DNA from: an uncultured delta proteobacterium
GTDB taxonomy: Bacteria > Myxococcota > Myxococcia > Myxococcales > Anaeromyxobacteraceae
Direction of reading: 5' to 3'
DNA length: 64,000 bases
NCBI GenBank assembly: GCA_963828255.1
Contig: CAWHDZ010000021.1
Coordinates: 64,001-128,000 of the forward strand
The position numbers were made by a program, and so were the translations under genes. Below the pieces are notes generated by a model. The model was not told the DNA's origin. It worked only from the letters and a program-made list of their open reading frames with translations, and did not search any database. Positions 31,145 to 43,408 of this stretch are shown piece after piece (the first letter of the stretch is position 1; the number at the start of each line of letters is the position of its first letter).

Positions 31145-33871
31145 CTACGGCCGGAAGACGAAGCGGTCCACCGCCGCGGCCTGCACGTCGGCTGCGGTCC
31201 AGGGCTGCTCGCCCGGCGCGTTCGAGAGCCAGAGCGGGATCTGGTTCTGGTAGCTCGGGTCCTGGACGAAGTCGGCGGCGCCGCCGGGGACGACCGCCCG
31301 CCAGACCACGTTTCCCGTGGCGATCATCTCGGCCGAGAACCGGACGTTGGGGCCGGCGCGCTGGAAGAAGCCGTTCCCGCCGTCGTCGTTCCAGGAGAAG
31401 TTGGCGACGTCGACGGTGTAGAGGCCGCCGTCGTTGGCGAAGGGGCCGTGGTTGAAGAAGGACACACCGGCGCTGGCGAGCAGGCTGTCGAAGGTGGCCC
31501 GGTGCTTGCGCCCCCAGATCCAGTCGGACGGGAGTGCGCTGCCGAAGGCCTCGACGGACGAGAGGAAGTCCACCGTGTCCTCGAGCGCGGCCACGACGGC
31601 GGGGGCGTACAGCGAGACCGGGCACTGGCTCTGCAGGCAGGTGTAGAGCGGCACCGCCGGCGTTCCCCCGGCCGCGTACTGGGAGAGGGCCGCCAGGTAC
31701 TTGGCCGCCGTCTGCCCGCCGGTCAAGGAGAGGAAGGTTCGGGTGTCGAGGGCCTGGCCTCCGACCTCCACGGAGCTCAGGGGGCCGTCGAGCAGGCGCG
31801 CCGCCAGGCGTGGGACGAGCGCGTGGAAGAGCATCGAGGCGTTGGAGGCCGCCACCACCTCGGCGTCGGTGGAAGCGGCGCCGGCCGGGTTGGTCGACGA
31901 GAGCCCGGTGGGCGTGGTGTAGCGGCGGGCGTTCGTTCCACTCGACCAGTGGGTGAGCAGGTCCACCGCGGGCTGGAGCCCCTTCGCCGTGATCTCCGCG
32001 CTCCCCGACTGGAACCAGGCCAGCAGGCCCGGGACGACGTCGGCCGCGAAGAGGGAGTGGTTGTCCGCCTGGATGGCCGTGAAGTCGTCGAGCGTGTAGC
32101 CGGAGGCCTTGGCGGAGAGCAGCGTGGCGGCGCGGGTCGCCCGGTAGCCCAGGTCGGTGAAGGCGTAGAGGTAGAGGTCAGCTCCCGCCGAGAACGGGTC
32201 GTTCCCCATGAGCTGGCCTGTGATGTCGTTGTTGGCGGTCACGATCCGGTTCGCGGCCGGGTTCTTCGCCTGCGGGAGCGCTGCATCGGCGATTCGGCCG
32301 GTCCAGGTGCAGCTCCCGTCCCCGGGCATGGGCGCCCAGGGGACCACCAGCCCGGGGGCGCCGTAGACGAGTCGCGGGCTGCCGGCCGGCGTCCCGAAGC
32401 AGCCGGCCTTTCGCACCGGGACGTAGGCGTGCGGGTAGTACCCGATGTTCCCGTTCACGTCGGCGAAGACGAAGTTCTGGGCGCCGACCTGGAAGGTCCT
32501 GACGGCCTCGAAGGCCTCGTCCACCGACTTCGCCAGGTTCAGCTGGAAGAAGGCCAGGAGCTCGTTGGTCGGCTCCTGCCCGGTCCAGCGGGCCGTGTAG
32601 TAGGCGCTCGTGTCGGAGGCGACGACCGGGCCGTAGTCCGGAACCAGGATGATGGGAGGGTTGGGCGTGACCGGCGTGCCTCCCCGGACGTTGTAGGTCT
32701 CGATCACAGGGACCCTGTTCGCCGGCAGGCCGCCCGCGGCGACCGGGAAGTAGTAGACGTCGGTGACGTCGTAGTAGGCCACCGTGTCGCCCCAGCCCAC
32801 GTGATCGTTGTGGCCGATGGGGAAGACGGGCGCGCCCGGGAAGCCGACCCCGCCCACGTTGTGGGTGTCGCTCGTCACCTGCGCCAGGTAGAAGACCGAC
32901 GGATTCTGCAGCGCCAGGTGCGGGTCGTTGGCGACCATGGCGTTGCCGGTCAGCGGCGACCGCATCACCCAGTTGTTCGAGCCGGCCGGGTCGCCGGGAC
33001 GAAGGCCGAGCATCTCCTTGATCGCGCGCAGGCCCTGGAGGACATCCGAACCCTGCAGCGGCGCGGGCGCGCGGATCGCCCCGGCGGGGGAGCCCCCGGT
33101 GACCGCGGCGGGCGGCGGGAGGATGCTCGTCCGGGTCGCCGGGACGAAGCGCGTGATGTCCGAGAAGAGCGCGAAGATCGGGCACTGGGTCACCGGCGTC
33201 GAGCCGCAGGCGGCCGCGAAGCCCTGCGCGAGCCGCCCGTAGTTGACCTCGTCCGAGAGGCTCTCGGAGAGGAGCCAGGACTGGAGCCGGCCGATGGCGA
33301 TCGAGTCCTGGACGGTCCACGGACCGGGCGTGTAGGTGCCCGGCAAGGACGCGATGGCGACGTACTCGGCCGGCACCCTCGCTCCGTTCTTGCCCGCGGC
33401 CATGTCGGCGAGGTAGCGGTTCACGCCGTCGGCGTAGCGCTGGAGGTAGGTCCGGAACGCGGGGGAGAGCGTGGAGGTGATGACCTCCTCGATCCGGTAG
33501 CTCCCCGCGTTGGGGAGCCCGGCCGCCACCGGCGCCTGCGCCGTGAAGACGGTCCGGATGGCGACGTCGTTCGAGAGCGCGGCCGATCCCAGCATCTCGG
33601 CGAGGGTTCCCCGGGCCGCGCGCCGCATGAAGTCCATCTGGAAGAGCCGGTCGCGCGCGTGCACGTAGCCGGTGGCGTAGGAGGCGTCGTCGTCGCTTCC
33701 CGCCACGATGTGCGGGACGCCCAGCCCGTCGTAGGAGACGGTGACCTCGGCGCTCAGGCCTGGGACACCGGACACCTCGCCGATGACGGGGAGGCCTTCG
33801 GGCGTCGCCGTCGACTGGCAGGCGGCCAGGGTCGCGGCGAGGAGCAGCGCGGGGAGAGCTCGGCGGGCCAT
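31145..33871 (-). CDS. Penicillin acylase family (Ntn hydrolase, S45) lipoprotein
   Basis: Lipobox LAAC, DGLGVPHI, GYVHARDRLFQMD, catalytic GSNNW, ANDPHL, TANN. ATG at 33871 with GAGGTG RBS. Confidence 0.9.
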   Translation of the reverse strand: MARRALPALLLAATLAACQSTATPEGLPVIGEVSGVPGLSAEVTVSYDGLGVPHIVAGSDDDASYATGYVHARDRLFQMDFMRRAARGTLAEMLGSAALSNDVAIRTVFTAQAPVAAGLPNAGSYRIEEVITSTLSPAFRTYLQRYADGVNRYLADMAAGKNGARVPAEYVAIASLPGTYTPGPWTVQDSIAIGRLQSWLLSESLSDEVNYGRLAQGFAAACGSTPVTQCPIFALFSDITRFVPATRTSILPPPAAVTGGSPAGAIRAPAPLQGSDVLQGLRAIKEMLGLRPGDPAGSNNWVMRSPLTGNAMVANDPHLALQNPSVFYLAQVTSDTHNVGGVGFPGAPVFPIGHNDHVGWGDTVAYYDVTDVYYFPVAAGGLPANRVPVIETYNVRGGTPVTPNPPIILVPDYGPVVASDTSAYYTARWTGQEPTNELLAFFQLNLAKSVDEAFEAVRTFQVGAQNFVFADVNGNIGYYPHAYVPVRKAGCFGTPAGSPRLVYGAPGLVVPWAPMPGDGSCTWTGRIADAALPQAKNPAANRIVTANNDITGQLMGNDPFSAGADLYLYAFTDLGYRATRAATLLSAKASGYTLDDFTAIQADNHSLFAADVVPGLLAWFQSGSAEITAKGLQPAVDLLTHWSSGTNARRYTTPTGLSSTNPAGAASTDAEVVAASNASMLFHALVPRLAARLLDGPLSSVEVGGQALDTRTFLSLTGGQTAAKYLAALSQYAAGGTPAVPLYTCLQSQCPVSLYAPAVVAALEDTVDFLSSVEAFGSALPSDWIWGRKHRATFDSLLASAGVSFFNHGPFANDGGLYTVDVANFSWNDDGGNGFFQRAGPNVRFSAEMIATGNVVWRAVVPGGAADFVQDPSYQNQIPLWLSNAPGEQPWTAADVQAAAVDRFVFRP

Positions 33872-34021
33872 TTTCACCTCAGGTGATCGATGGTGGCTGC
33901 GGAAGGCGGTCGGCAAGAGTTCGCTTCGCCCGGCCGATCCCGTTTAGCTGGCGCGTGTCCCCGACGCATCGCGCGACGCGTCATCCGGCGACGAATTCCC
34001 GCGAAACTTCTGGAGAGGTGG

Positions 34022-35470
<1,449 letters not shown>

Positions 35471-35475
35471 CTCGC

Positions 35476-36621
35476 CTACCTTTTCACTAGGAGTGCTACC
35501 GCGTGGGCGGCGATGCCCTCGCCCCGCCCCACGAACCCGAGCCCCTCGCCGGTGGTGGCCTTGACGTTGACCTGCGCCGGCGAGACGCCGAGCGCCTCGG
35601 CCAGGCGGGCGCGCATCTCGTCGGCGCGGGGGGCGATCTTCGGCCGCCGGGCGGCCAGCGTCACGTCGCAGTTCCCCACCGTCCAGCCCAGCGCCCGCGC
35701 CTTGGCCGCCACCTCGCGGAGCAGGTGGAGCGAGGAGACCCCCTTCCAGCGCGGGTCGGTGTCGGGGAAGTGGCGGCCGATGTCCCCCAGCCCGGCCGCG
35801 CCCAGCACGGCGTCGCAGATGGCGTGGGCGCAGATGTCGGCGTCGGAGTGGCCGAGAAGGCCGTCCCCCTCGAACGGGACGCCGCCCAGGACGAGCTTCC
35901 GCCCCGGGGCGAAGGCGTGGACGTCGTAGCCCACCCCCGTGGCCACCGCCGGCTCGAGCAGCGCCCGGGCCCGGGCCAGGTCGTCCGGCCCGGTGATCTT
36001 GAAGTTCCCCGGCTCGCCGGGGACGAGCGCGACCTCGGCGCCGAGCGCCTCCACCAGCTGGCACTCGTCGGTGGCGCCGGCGGCGGCCGGCCCGGCCTCG
36101 GCGAAGGCCCGGCGGAGGAGCGGGGCTCGGAAGGCCTGTGGCGTCTGGGCCAGCCAGAGCACCCGCCGGTCGAGCGTCTCCACGACCCGGCTCCCCTCCC
36201 CGCGCTTCACGGTGTCGGTGGCCGGGAGGGCCGCCAGCGCCGCCCCGCGCGCCGCGGCAGCCTCGGCCACGGCCCGCGCCAGCTCAGCCGTCGCGAAGGG
36301 TCGGGCGGCATCGTGGACCACCACCACCGCGACCTCACCCAGCGCCTCGAGGCCGGCGCGGACCGAGTCGGCGCGGGCCGCTCCTCCGGCCACCGCGCGG
36401 ACGGGGACCGGGAGCCCCTGGAGGTCGGCCGCACCGCGGGACTCCTCGCCGGCCGGGACCACCACCACGATCTCATCGACCACGCCGCTCGTGGCGAGCG
36501 CGCGCGCCGCCCGCCGGACCACGGTCTCGCCGCCGAGCGTCGCCCACTGCTTGGCGACGCCGGCGCGGAGGCCGGAGCCGCCCGCCGCGACGATCCCGCC
36601 CACCCGCTCGCCCCCGATCAA
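35476..36621 (-). CDS. ispDF: Bifunctional IspD/IspF (MEP pathway)
   Basis: IspD motifs AAGGSG, VHDAARP, AQTPQAF, NFKIT fused to IspF motifs GYDVHAF, GHSDAD, NVKATTGE. TTG start with GGAGG RBS. Confidence 0.93.
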   Translation of the reverse strand: MIGGERVGGIVAAGGSGLRAGVAKQWATLGGETVVRRAARALATSGVVDEIVVVVPAGEESRGAADLQGLPVPVRAVAGGAARADSVRAGLEALGEVAVVVVHDAARPFATAELARAVAEAAAARGAALAALPATDTVKRGEGSRVVETLDRRVLWLAQTPQAFRAPLLRRAFAEAGPAAAGATDECQLVEALGAEVALVPGEPGNFKITGPDDLARARALLEPAVATGVGYDVHAFAPGRKLVLGGVPFEGDGLLGHSDADICAHAICDAVLGAAGLGDIGRHFPDTDPRWKGVSSLHLLREVAAKARALGWTVGNCDVTLAARRPKIAPRADEMRARLAEALGVSPAQVNVKATTGEGLGFVGRGEGIAAHAVALLVKR

Positions 36622-36793
36622 GGCGCCTCCACCGGGCTGGCACTCCTCGTGCTCTCGCCCATCCTCGATGAACGTCCGGCACGCCACGCCACGATCCGTC
36701 CCCCGGAAACGAGACCGCCGCACGGGCCATGGGCCGCGCGGCGGACGTCGTCCCTGCCGATCCGAAACGGCATGCCGTCCCGGACCCGGGCCA

Positions 36794-37309
36794 TCAGGTG
36801 ATGTTGAAGATCTTCCGGAGCTCCGTCTCGACGTCCTGCTCGTCGCAGTCCTTGGCGATGGCCAGCTCCTTGATGAGCAGCGACCGTGCCGTGTCGAGCA
36901 TCTTGCGCTCGCCGAAGGAGAGATCCTTGTCGGAGCGGAGCAGGTAGAGGTCGCGCAGCACCTCGGCGATCTCGAAGACCGAGCCGGTCTTGATCTTGTC
37001 CATGTACTCCCGGTACCGGCGGTTCCAGGTGGTGGAGTCGACCGAGACCTCCTTCTCGCGGAGGATCGTGTAGACCTTGCGGACCTCCTTGTCGCCGATG
37101 ATCTCGCGCAGGCCGACCGAGCCGACCTTGTTCATCGGGATCATGATCTTCATCCCGTTGTCGAGGATCCGGAGCACGTAGAAGGACTGCCGCTGGCCGG
37201 CGACCTCCTTGTGCTCGATCCCCATGACCTCGCCGACGCCCTGGCCAGGGTAGACTGCCTTGTCCCCGACCTTGAAGATCGGGCCCAACTGATTCTGGAT
37301 TGCCGCCAT
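36794..37309 (-). CDS. cdnL: CarD/CdnL RNA-polymerase-binding regulator
   Basis: FKVGDKAVYPGQGVG, WNRRYREYMDKIKTGS, LSFGERKML. No HMGA tail; sits upstream of ispF and cysS. Confidence 0.93.
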   Translation of the reverse strand: MAAIQNQLGPIFKVGDKAVYPGQGVGEVMGIEHKEVAGQRQSFYVLRILDNGMKIMIPMNKVGSVGLREIIGDKEVRKVYTILREKEVSVDSTTWNRRYREYMDKIKTGSVFEIAEVLRDLYLLRSDKDLSFGERKMLDTARSLLIKELAIAKDCDEQDVETELRKIFNIT

Positions 37310-37384
37310 TCGTTCCTCCGCCCCGCTGCCGGTGTCGCCTGCACCCGGGATATCGGGCGGGCGGGCGCTGGGCCTGGAGCGCGG

Positions 37385-37413
37385 ACCCTACCACAATGGT
37401 TGAGCCCCGTCAA
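37385..37413 (-). promoter_or_regulatory. sigma70-type promoter of the cdnL operon
   Basis: TTGACG-N17-TAGGGT with extended TG and an AT-rich upstream tract. Confidence 0.65.
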
Positions 37414-37464
37414 TATTGAAAGAATCGCTCGATTTCGGGCTTTTTCTTGAGGAATTCAAGGCAG

Positions 37465-39765
37465 ATGCAGATCGCGGCGGTCGCGTTCGCCGCGGGAGCC
37501 GGCGCCGCCATCTCCTTGAAACCAGGGGCGTTGGCAGCATTGGCAGGAATCGTCCCCGCCGTCTCGGCAGCCTGGGTTAGCTGTACCCCCCTCGCCTTCG
37601 CCGCTGCTGGATGGGTCGCAGCGGCAGCCTCCACGGCATCCCAGTCCTCCCCCGTTACGGGGTCATCTGCCCTCCGTGGGGAGGTCATTTCCATGCCCCG
37701 AAGGCAGGAGGACCGGGCCCGCTTCCTCCTCTCCGACCCCTCGCGAGGGCGGGTCGAGGTCTCGGCTCCCGACCTGGTCGCCCCCCTCGCCCCGGGCGAC
37801 CAGGTCCTCCTGTCGGTCGAGATCCGCGAGCCCAGGGGAGCCCGGAACCCGGGGGGTCGCGACGGCACCGTCGCCATGGCGGCCCACGGTGTCTCCGCCC
37901 AGGCATGGACGCGAACCCCGCCGGCCCGCTCGGCCCCGCCCTCGGCGCTCTCCGCAGTGGCGGCAGCGCGGCTCCGGTTCGGCGCCACGGCGTCGGGGGT
38001 CCTGCCGCTGCCGGAGGCGGCGCTCGTCCGGGCCATCGGCGCCGGCGACGAGTCGCAGGTTGACACGGCGACCCGGGAGCGCTTCGCGCGGAGCGGGCTC
38101 GCCCACGTGCTCTCGGTCTCCGGCCTCCACCTCGCGGTCGTGGCGCTGGGGAGCTTTCGCGCCCTCCAGGCGCTCCTGCTCCGGGTGCGCCCGCTGTCGT
38201 CGCGCCTCGACGTCCGGCGCGCAGCGGCGGGCGCCTCCCTCCCGGTGGCCGCTCTCTACGCGGTCGCCACCGGGGCGTCGGTGCCTGTCCTCCGCTCGGC
38301 CCTCGCCGCCGGGCTGGTATTCACCTCCGTCCTCCTCGGGCGCCGCACCGACGCCGCCTCGGCGCTGGCCATGGCGGCGCTCGTCCTGCTCGCCGTCGAT
38401 CCCGGCTCGCTCGTGGACGTGTCGTTCCAGCTCTCCTTCGCCTCGGTGGCCGGGCTCGTCGCGCTCTCCGGCCCCTTCCGCGCGGCGCTCCCCTTCCGGG
38501 CGGACCGGTCGGGCTGGCGCGCCCGGGCGCTCGAGGCGGCGCTCCAGGGGGCCTGCGCCAGCGCCGCGGCCACCGTGGCCACCGCTCCCCTCCTGGCGCT
38601 CCACTTCCGGAGCCTCTCCCTGGTCGGCGTGATCTCCAACGCGGTGGCGTTGCCCCTCGCCTCCGCGCTCACCGTCGTCGCGGCGCTCGCCTTCCTGGCC
38701 AGCGCCGCCCTGCCGCCCCTCGCACCCGCGCTCCTCTGGTCCTGCTGGCCGCTCGCCACGGCGTTCCTCCGGGTGAACGACGCCTTCGCCGCGCCGTCCT
38801 TCGCCTCGGTGGGCGTGGCCTCGCCGGGCTGGGGACTCGTCTGGGCCGCCTACGCGGCGGGCATCGGGGCGTTCCTGGCGCGCGGCCGCCTCCGCTGGTT
38901 GCTCGCCGCCGCCGGGCTCGCCGCCCTCCTCCTGCCCGGCCCGGCCAGGCTCCTCGCCTCCCGCGCACGGAACGGGATCGAGGTGGTCTTCCTCGCGGTG
39001 GGCCAGGGGGACTGCACCATCGTCCGGCTCCCCGGCGGCACGGCCGTGGTGATCGACGCCGGCGGGGATCCCTCCGGCCGGTACGACCCGGGCGCGCGCG
39101 ACGTCCTCCCCTTCCTGCGCGACATGGGGGTGACGCGGCTCGCCGCCGCCTTCGTGTCCCACCCGCACCCCGACCACCTGCAGGGACTCCCGGCGGTGGT
39201 GGCGGGCCTGGGCGCCCGGAACGTCTACGCGTCCCACGACCGCGGCGACGAGGCCGCCCGCGCCGCCTTCGCCCGCATGCCCCCGGCGACGGTGCTCGCG
39301 GCCGGGGACGAGGTCGACCTCGAGGGCGTCCGCTTCCGGGTCCTCGGCCCGCCGCCGGGCGACACGCGCCTCGTCGAGAACGACGCCTCCCTGGTCCTCC
39401 ACGTCACCTACGGTCAAACCTCCTTCCTGCTTCCGGGCGACGTGGAGGCGGCCGGGGAGGCCGCGCTGGCCGCCGCCGGCATCCCCCGCGCCGACGTGGT
39501 CAAGGCGCCGCACCACGGGAGCCGCACCAGCTCCGGGCGCGGGCTCGTCGCCGCCACGCACCCACGCTGGGTGGTCTTCACGGTTGGTCTGGGCAACCGG
39601 TACGGATTCCCCCACGCCGAGACGGTGGAGCGCTGGCGGGAGTCGGGCGCGGAGATGCTCCGGACCGACGAGGGTCCGGTCCGGTTCCGTTCCGACGGCC
39701 GGGCGGTGTGGCGCGCCGGGCCGGAAGCCGCCATCGACGCCTGGGCGCTCCTGGGGGGGAGGTAG
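37465..39765 (+). CDS. comEC: Competence channel ComEC/Rec2
   Basis: FARSGLAHVLSVSGLH, SFQLSF, VGQGD, SHPHPDH (MBL), KAPHHGSRTS, NRYGFP. Confidence 0.92.
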   Translation: MQIAAVAFAAGAGAAISLKPGALAALAGIVPAVSAAWVSCTPLAFAAAGWVAAAASTASQSSPVTGSSALRGEVISMPRRQEDRARFLLSDPSRGRVEVSAPDLVAPLAPGDQVLLSVEIREPRGARNPGGRDGTVAMAAHGVSAQAWTRTPPARSAPPSALSAVAAARLRFGATASGVLPLPEAALVRAIGAGDESQVDTATRERFARSGLAHVLSVSGLHLAVVALGSFRALQALLLRVRPLSSRLDVRRAAAGASLPVAALYAVATGASVPVLRSALAAGLVFTSVLLGRRTDAASALAMAALVLLAVDPGSLVDVSFQLSFASVAGLVALSGPFRAALPFRADRSGWRARALEAALQGACASAAATVATAPLLALHFRSLSLVGVISNAVALPLASALTVVAALAFLASAALPPLAPALLWSCWPLATAFLRVNDAFAAPSFASVGVASPGWGLVWAAYAAGIGAFLARGRLRWLLAAAGLAALLLPGPARLLASRARNGIEVVFLAVGQGDCTIVRLPGGTAVVIDAGGDPSGRYDPGARDVLPFLRDMGVTRLAAAFVSHPHPDHLQGLPAVVAGLGARNVYASHDRGDEAARAAFARMPPATVLAAGDEVDLEGVRFRVLGPPPGDTRLVENDASLVLHVTYGQTSFLLPGDVEAAGEAALAAAGIPRADVVKAPHHGSRTSSGRGLVAATHPRWVVFTVGLGNRYGFPHAETVERWRESGAEMLRTDEGPVRFRSDGRAVWRAGPEAAIDAWALLGGR

Positions 39766-39770
39766 CCCCG

Positions 39771-40499
39771 GTGGCGTCGCTCGCCATCCTCCATCGTCCC
39801 GGGGAGCCACCCGTCGAGATCCCGCTCGCGGCCGGAGCCACCAGCGAGGTCCTCCCCTCGGTCCGGGTGTCGGCCGCCGACGCCCCGGGGGTCGTCATCG
39901 AGGGCTCGCCCCGCCGGATCCGGGTCGCCGGGCGGCGCCTTCGTCCAGGGGAGCGGTGGCTCCTGCGGCCGGGTCAGTGGGCCACCGTGGACGGCGCGCG
40001 GATCGTCGCGGGGTGGGTCGACCCCGGCACCGCTGCCGAGGCGCGCTCCGTCCTGCTGGCGGCGCTCCGCGGCGACGACGCCGGGGCCTGGCCGGAACTC
40101 CACGCCCTGGCCGGGCCGCTGGCGGGGCGGCGCCTCAGGCTCCGACCCGGGGTGATGGGCCGGGGAGCGTCTGCCTCGACCCGGCTCGACGACCCCACGG
40201 TCTCGCGGGAGCACGCCCGGGTCCAGTTCGAGGCCGGGCGGATCCTCCTCGAGGACCTGGGCAGCCGCAACGGCTCCTGGCTCGGAGGGGCGCGGCTGGG
40301 CGGGCCCCGCGAGATGGCGCCGGGCCAGGAGTTCCGTGCCGGACGGACGGTGCTCGCCCTCGGCATCGTCCCGCCACCCGGTGGGGAGGACGCGCCGGCG
40401 CCCCTCCCCAGGCCCGTCCGGCCCTTTTCCGGGCGGCCGTCCCGCGTCGCGCTGCTGGCCGCGGCGACCGCAGCCGCGGCTGCGCTCCTCGCGCTCTGA
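39771..40499 (+). CDS. FHA domain membrane protein
   Basis: GR..., VSREHA and DLGSRNGS FHA motifs; hydrophobic C-terminus. Confidence 0.8.
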   Translation: MASLAILHRPGEPPVEIPLAAGATSEVLPSVRVSAADAPGVVIEGSPRRIRVAGRRLRPGERWLLRPGQWATVDGARIVAGWVDPGTAAEARSVLLAALRGDDAGAWPELHALAGPLAGRRLRLRPGVMGRGASASTRLDDPTVSREHARVQFEAGRILLEDLGSRNGSWLGGARLGGPREMAPGQEFRAGRTVLALGIVPPPGGEDAPAPLPRPVRPFSGRPSRVALLAAATAAAAALLAL

Positions 40500-40508
40500 C
40501 CGACGGTC

Positions 40509-41435
40509 CTAGAACCGGCCGCCCAGGGCGCGGTAGGCCTGCTCGAGCGCGTCGAAGTCCTTGAGCACGGTGGCGCCGGCGTGGGCCACGGCCTCGGGGC
40601 GCGCCTCGGCCGCGGCTCCCCCCACGAAGACCTCCACCCCGGCTTGCACTCCGTCCACGACGGCGCGGACCGAATCGACCGCCGATGGGCCGGAGTCGAG
40701 CCGGGTCAAGGCGAGGACCACCGCCCGGGCTCCGGTCCGCCGCGCGGCCTCGACGACGTCCGAGGCGGGCAGGTCGGCCCCGAGGTACACGACCCCGAGC
40801 CCCCCGGCCGCGGCGAGCATGGCGGCGGCGGCGAGCCCGAGCTCGTGCCGTTCCCCGGGAGGGGTGGCGAAGAGCAAGCCGGTCCGGCTCTCGCGTGGCG
40901 CCTGGACCCGGATCAGCGAGCCGAGCAGGCCGCGCAGGGAAGCCGAGACCATGTGCTCCTGGGCGACGGTGAACCGACCCTCCTGCCAGCCCTTCCCCAC
41001 CTCGCGCAGGAACGGCAGGACCACCTCGTGCACCATCTCGCGGGACGCGAGCACCGCGGAGAGCTTTCCGAGCTTCCGGTCCACCGCCGCGAGGTCGTAC
41101 CGATCGACGGCGTCGAGCAACCCCACGAGGTCCACCGCGTCGGCCTTCCCGCCGCGGTCGGAGGGCTCGAGCCCGGCCTCGAGCAGCTTCCCGAGCTCCG
41201 GCTCCCCGAGGTTGGCGATGCGACCGATGGCGTGGCCGCGCTCCACGAGCCGCCGCAGAAGCTTGAGCTTCTGGAGGTCCACGTCGTCGTAGAGCCGGCC
41301 ACGGTCGTCCCGGGCCGGCTCGACGGCGCCGTACCGCCGCTCCCAGGCTCGAAGCGTGTCGATGGGGATCCCGGTGATTCGGGCGACGACGCGAATGGGG
41401 TACTTGCCGGACGGTTTCCCAGGCGCTGGAATCAT
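40509..41435 (-). CDS. MerR-type HTH plus B12-binding regulator (CarH/CarA/LitR family)
   Basis: TLRAWERRYG HTH, W-x9-EH (WQEGRFTVAQEH), ExHxxG (ERHELG), YLGADLP. Confidence 0.9.
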   Translation of the reverse strand: MIPAPGKPSGKYPIRVVARITGIPIDTLRAWERRYGAVEPARDDRGRLYDDVDLQKLKLLRRLVERGHAIGRIANLGEPELGKLLEAGLEPSDRGGKADAVDLVGLLDAVDRYDLAAVDRKLGKLSAVLASREMVHEVVLPFLREVGKGWQEGRFTVAQEHMVSASLRGLLGSLIRVQAPRESRTGLLFATPPGERHELGLAAAAMLAAAGGLGVVYLGADLPASDVVEAARRTGARAVVLALTRLDSGPSAVDSVRAVVDGVQAGVEVFVGGAAAEARPEAVAHAGATVLKDFDALEQAYRALGGRF

Positions 41436-41460
41436 CCCGCCTCTCTAGCGACCCCAAAAA

Positions 41461-41512
41461 TCGTTGCAAGTACTTTGTCAGGTCTCTATCCATGACAAAC
41501 ACACTGCAACGA
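41461..41512. promoter_or_regulatory. Nested palindrome, putative CarH-family operator
   Basis: TCGTTGCA-N5-TTTGTCA-N12-TGACAAA-N5-TGCAACGA between the divergent genes. Confidence 0.65.
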
Positions 41513-41520
41513 GGTCAAAG

Positions 41521-42003
41521 ATGATCCGGATTCACATTCTCGAGCGAAGCCAGGTCGTGCCCCTGCCCCGTGCCGAGGTCTTCTCCTTCTTCGCCGATCC
41601 GCGAAACCTGGAAGCCATCACCCCGTCGTTCTTGAGGTTTTCCATAATTCCGCCCGTCCCAACCTCGCTCGACGTGGACGCGCGCATCGAGTACCGGCTC
41701 TCCCTGTTCGGCGTCCCCTTCCTCTGGCGGACCCGCATCGCCGCCTGGCAGCCGGGCCTGCGCTTCGTGGACGTCCAGGAGCGTGGCCCCTACGCCCTCT
41801 GGCACCACACCCACACCTTCGCCGACGTGGACGGGGGCACGCGCGTCGCCGACCGGGTGGAGTACCGGTTGCCCCTGGGCGCGCTCGGAGAGGTCGCGCA
41901 CCCGCTCATGGTGCGCCGCACGCTGGCGCGCATCTTCGACCACCGGCAGGAGCGGGTCGCGAGCCTTCTCGGCGCGGCGCCCGGCTCCCGGCGCGCCGCC
42001 TGA
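41521..42003 (+). CDS. SRPBCC/START-like (polyketide cyclase) family protein
   Basis: VFSFFADPRNLEAITP, FVDVQERGPYALWHHTHTF, DRVEY, IFDHR. Confidence 0.88.
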   Translation: MIRIHILERSQVVPLPRAEVFSFFADPRNLEAITPSFLRFSIIPPVPTSLDVDARIEYRLSLFGVPFLWRTRIAAWQPGLRFVDVQERGPYALWHHTHTFADVDGGTRVADRVEYRLPLGALGEVAHPLMVRRTLARIFDHRQERVASLLGAAPGSRRAA

Positions 42004-42028
42004 CGGCTGCCGGATCCGGGCCGCGAAT

Positions 42029-43408
<1,380 letters not shown>

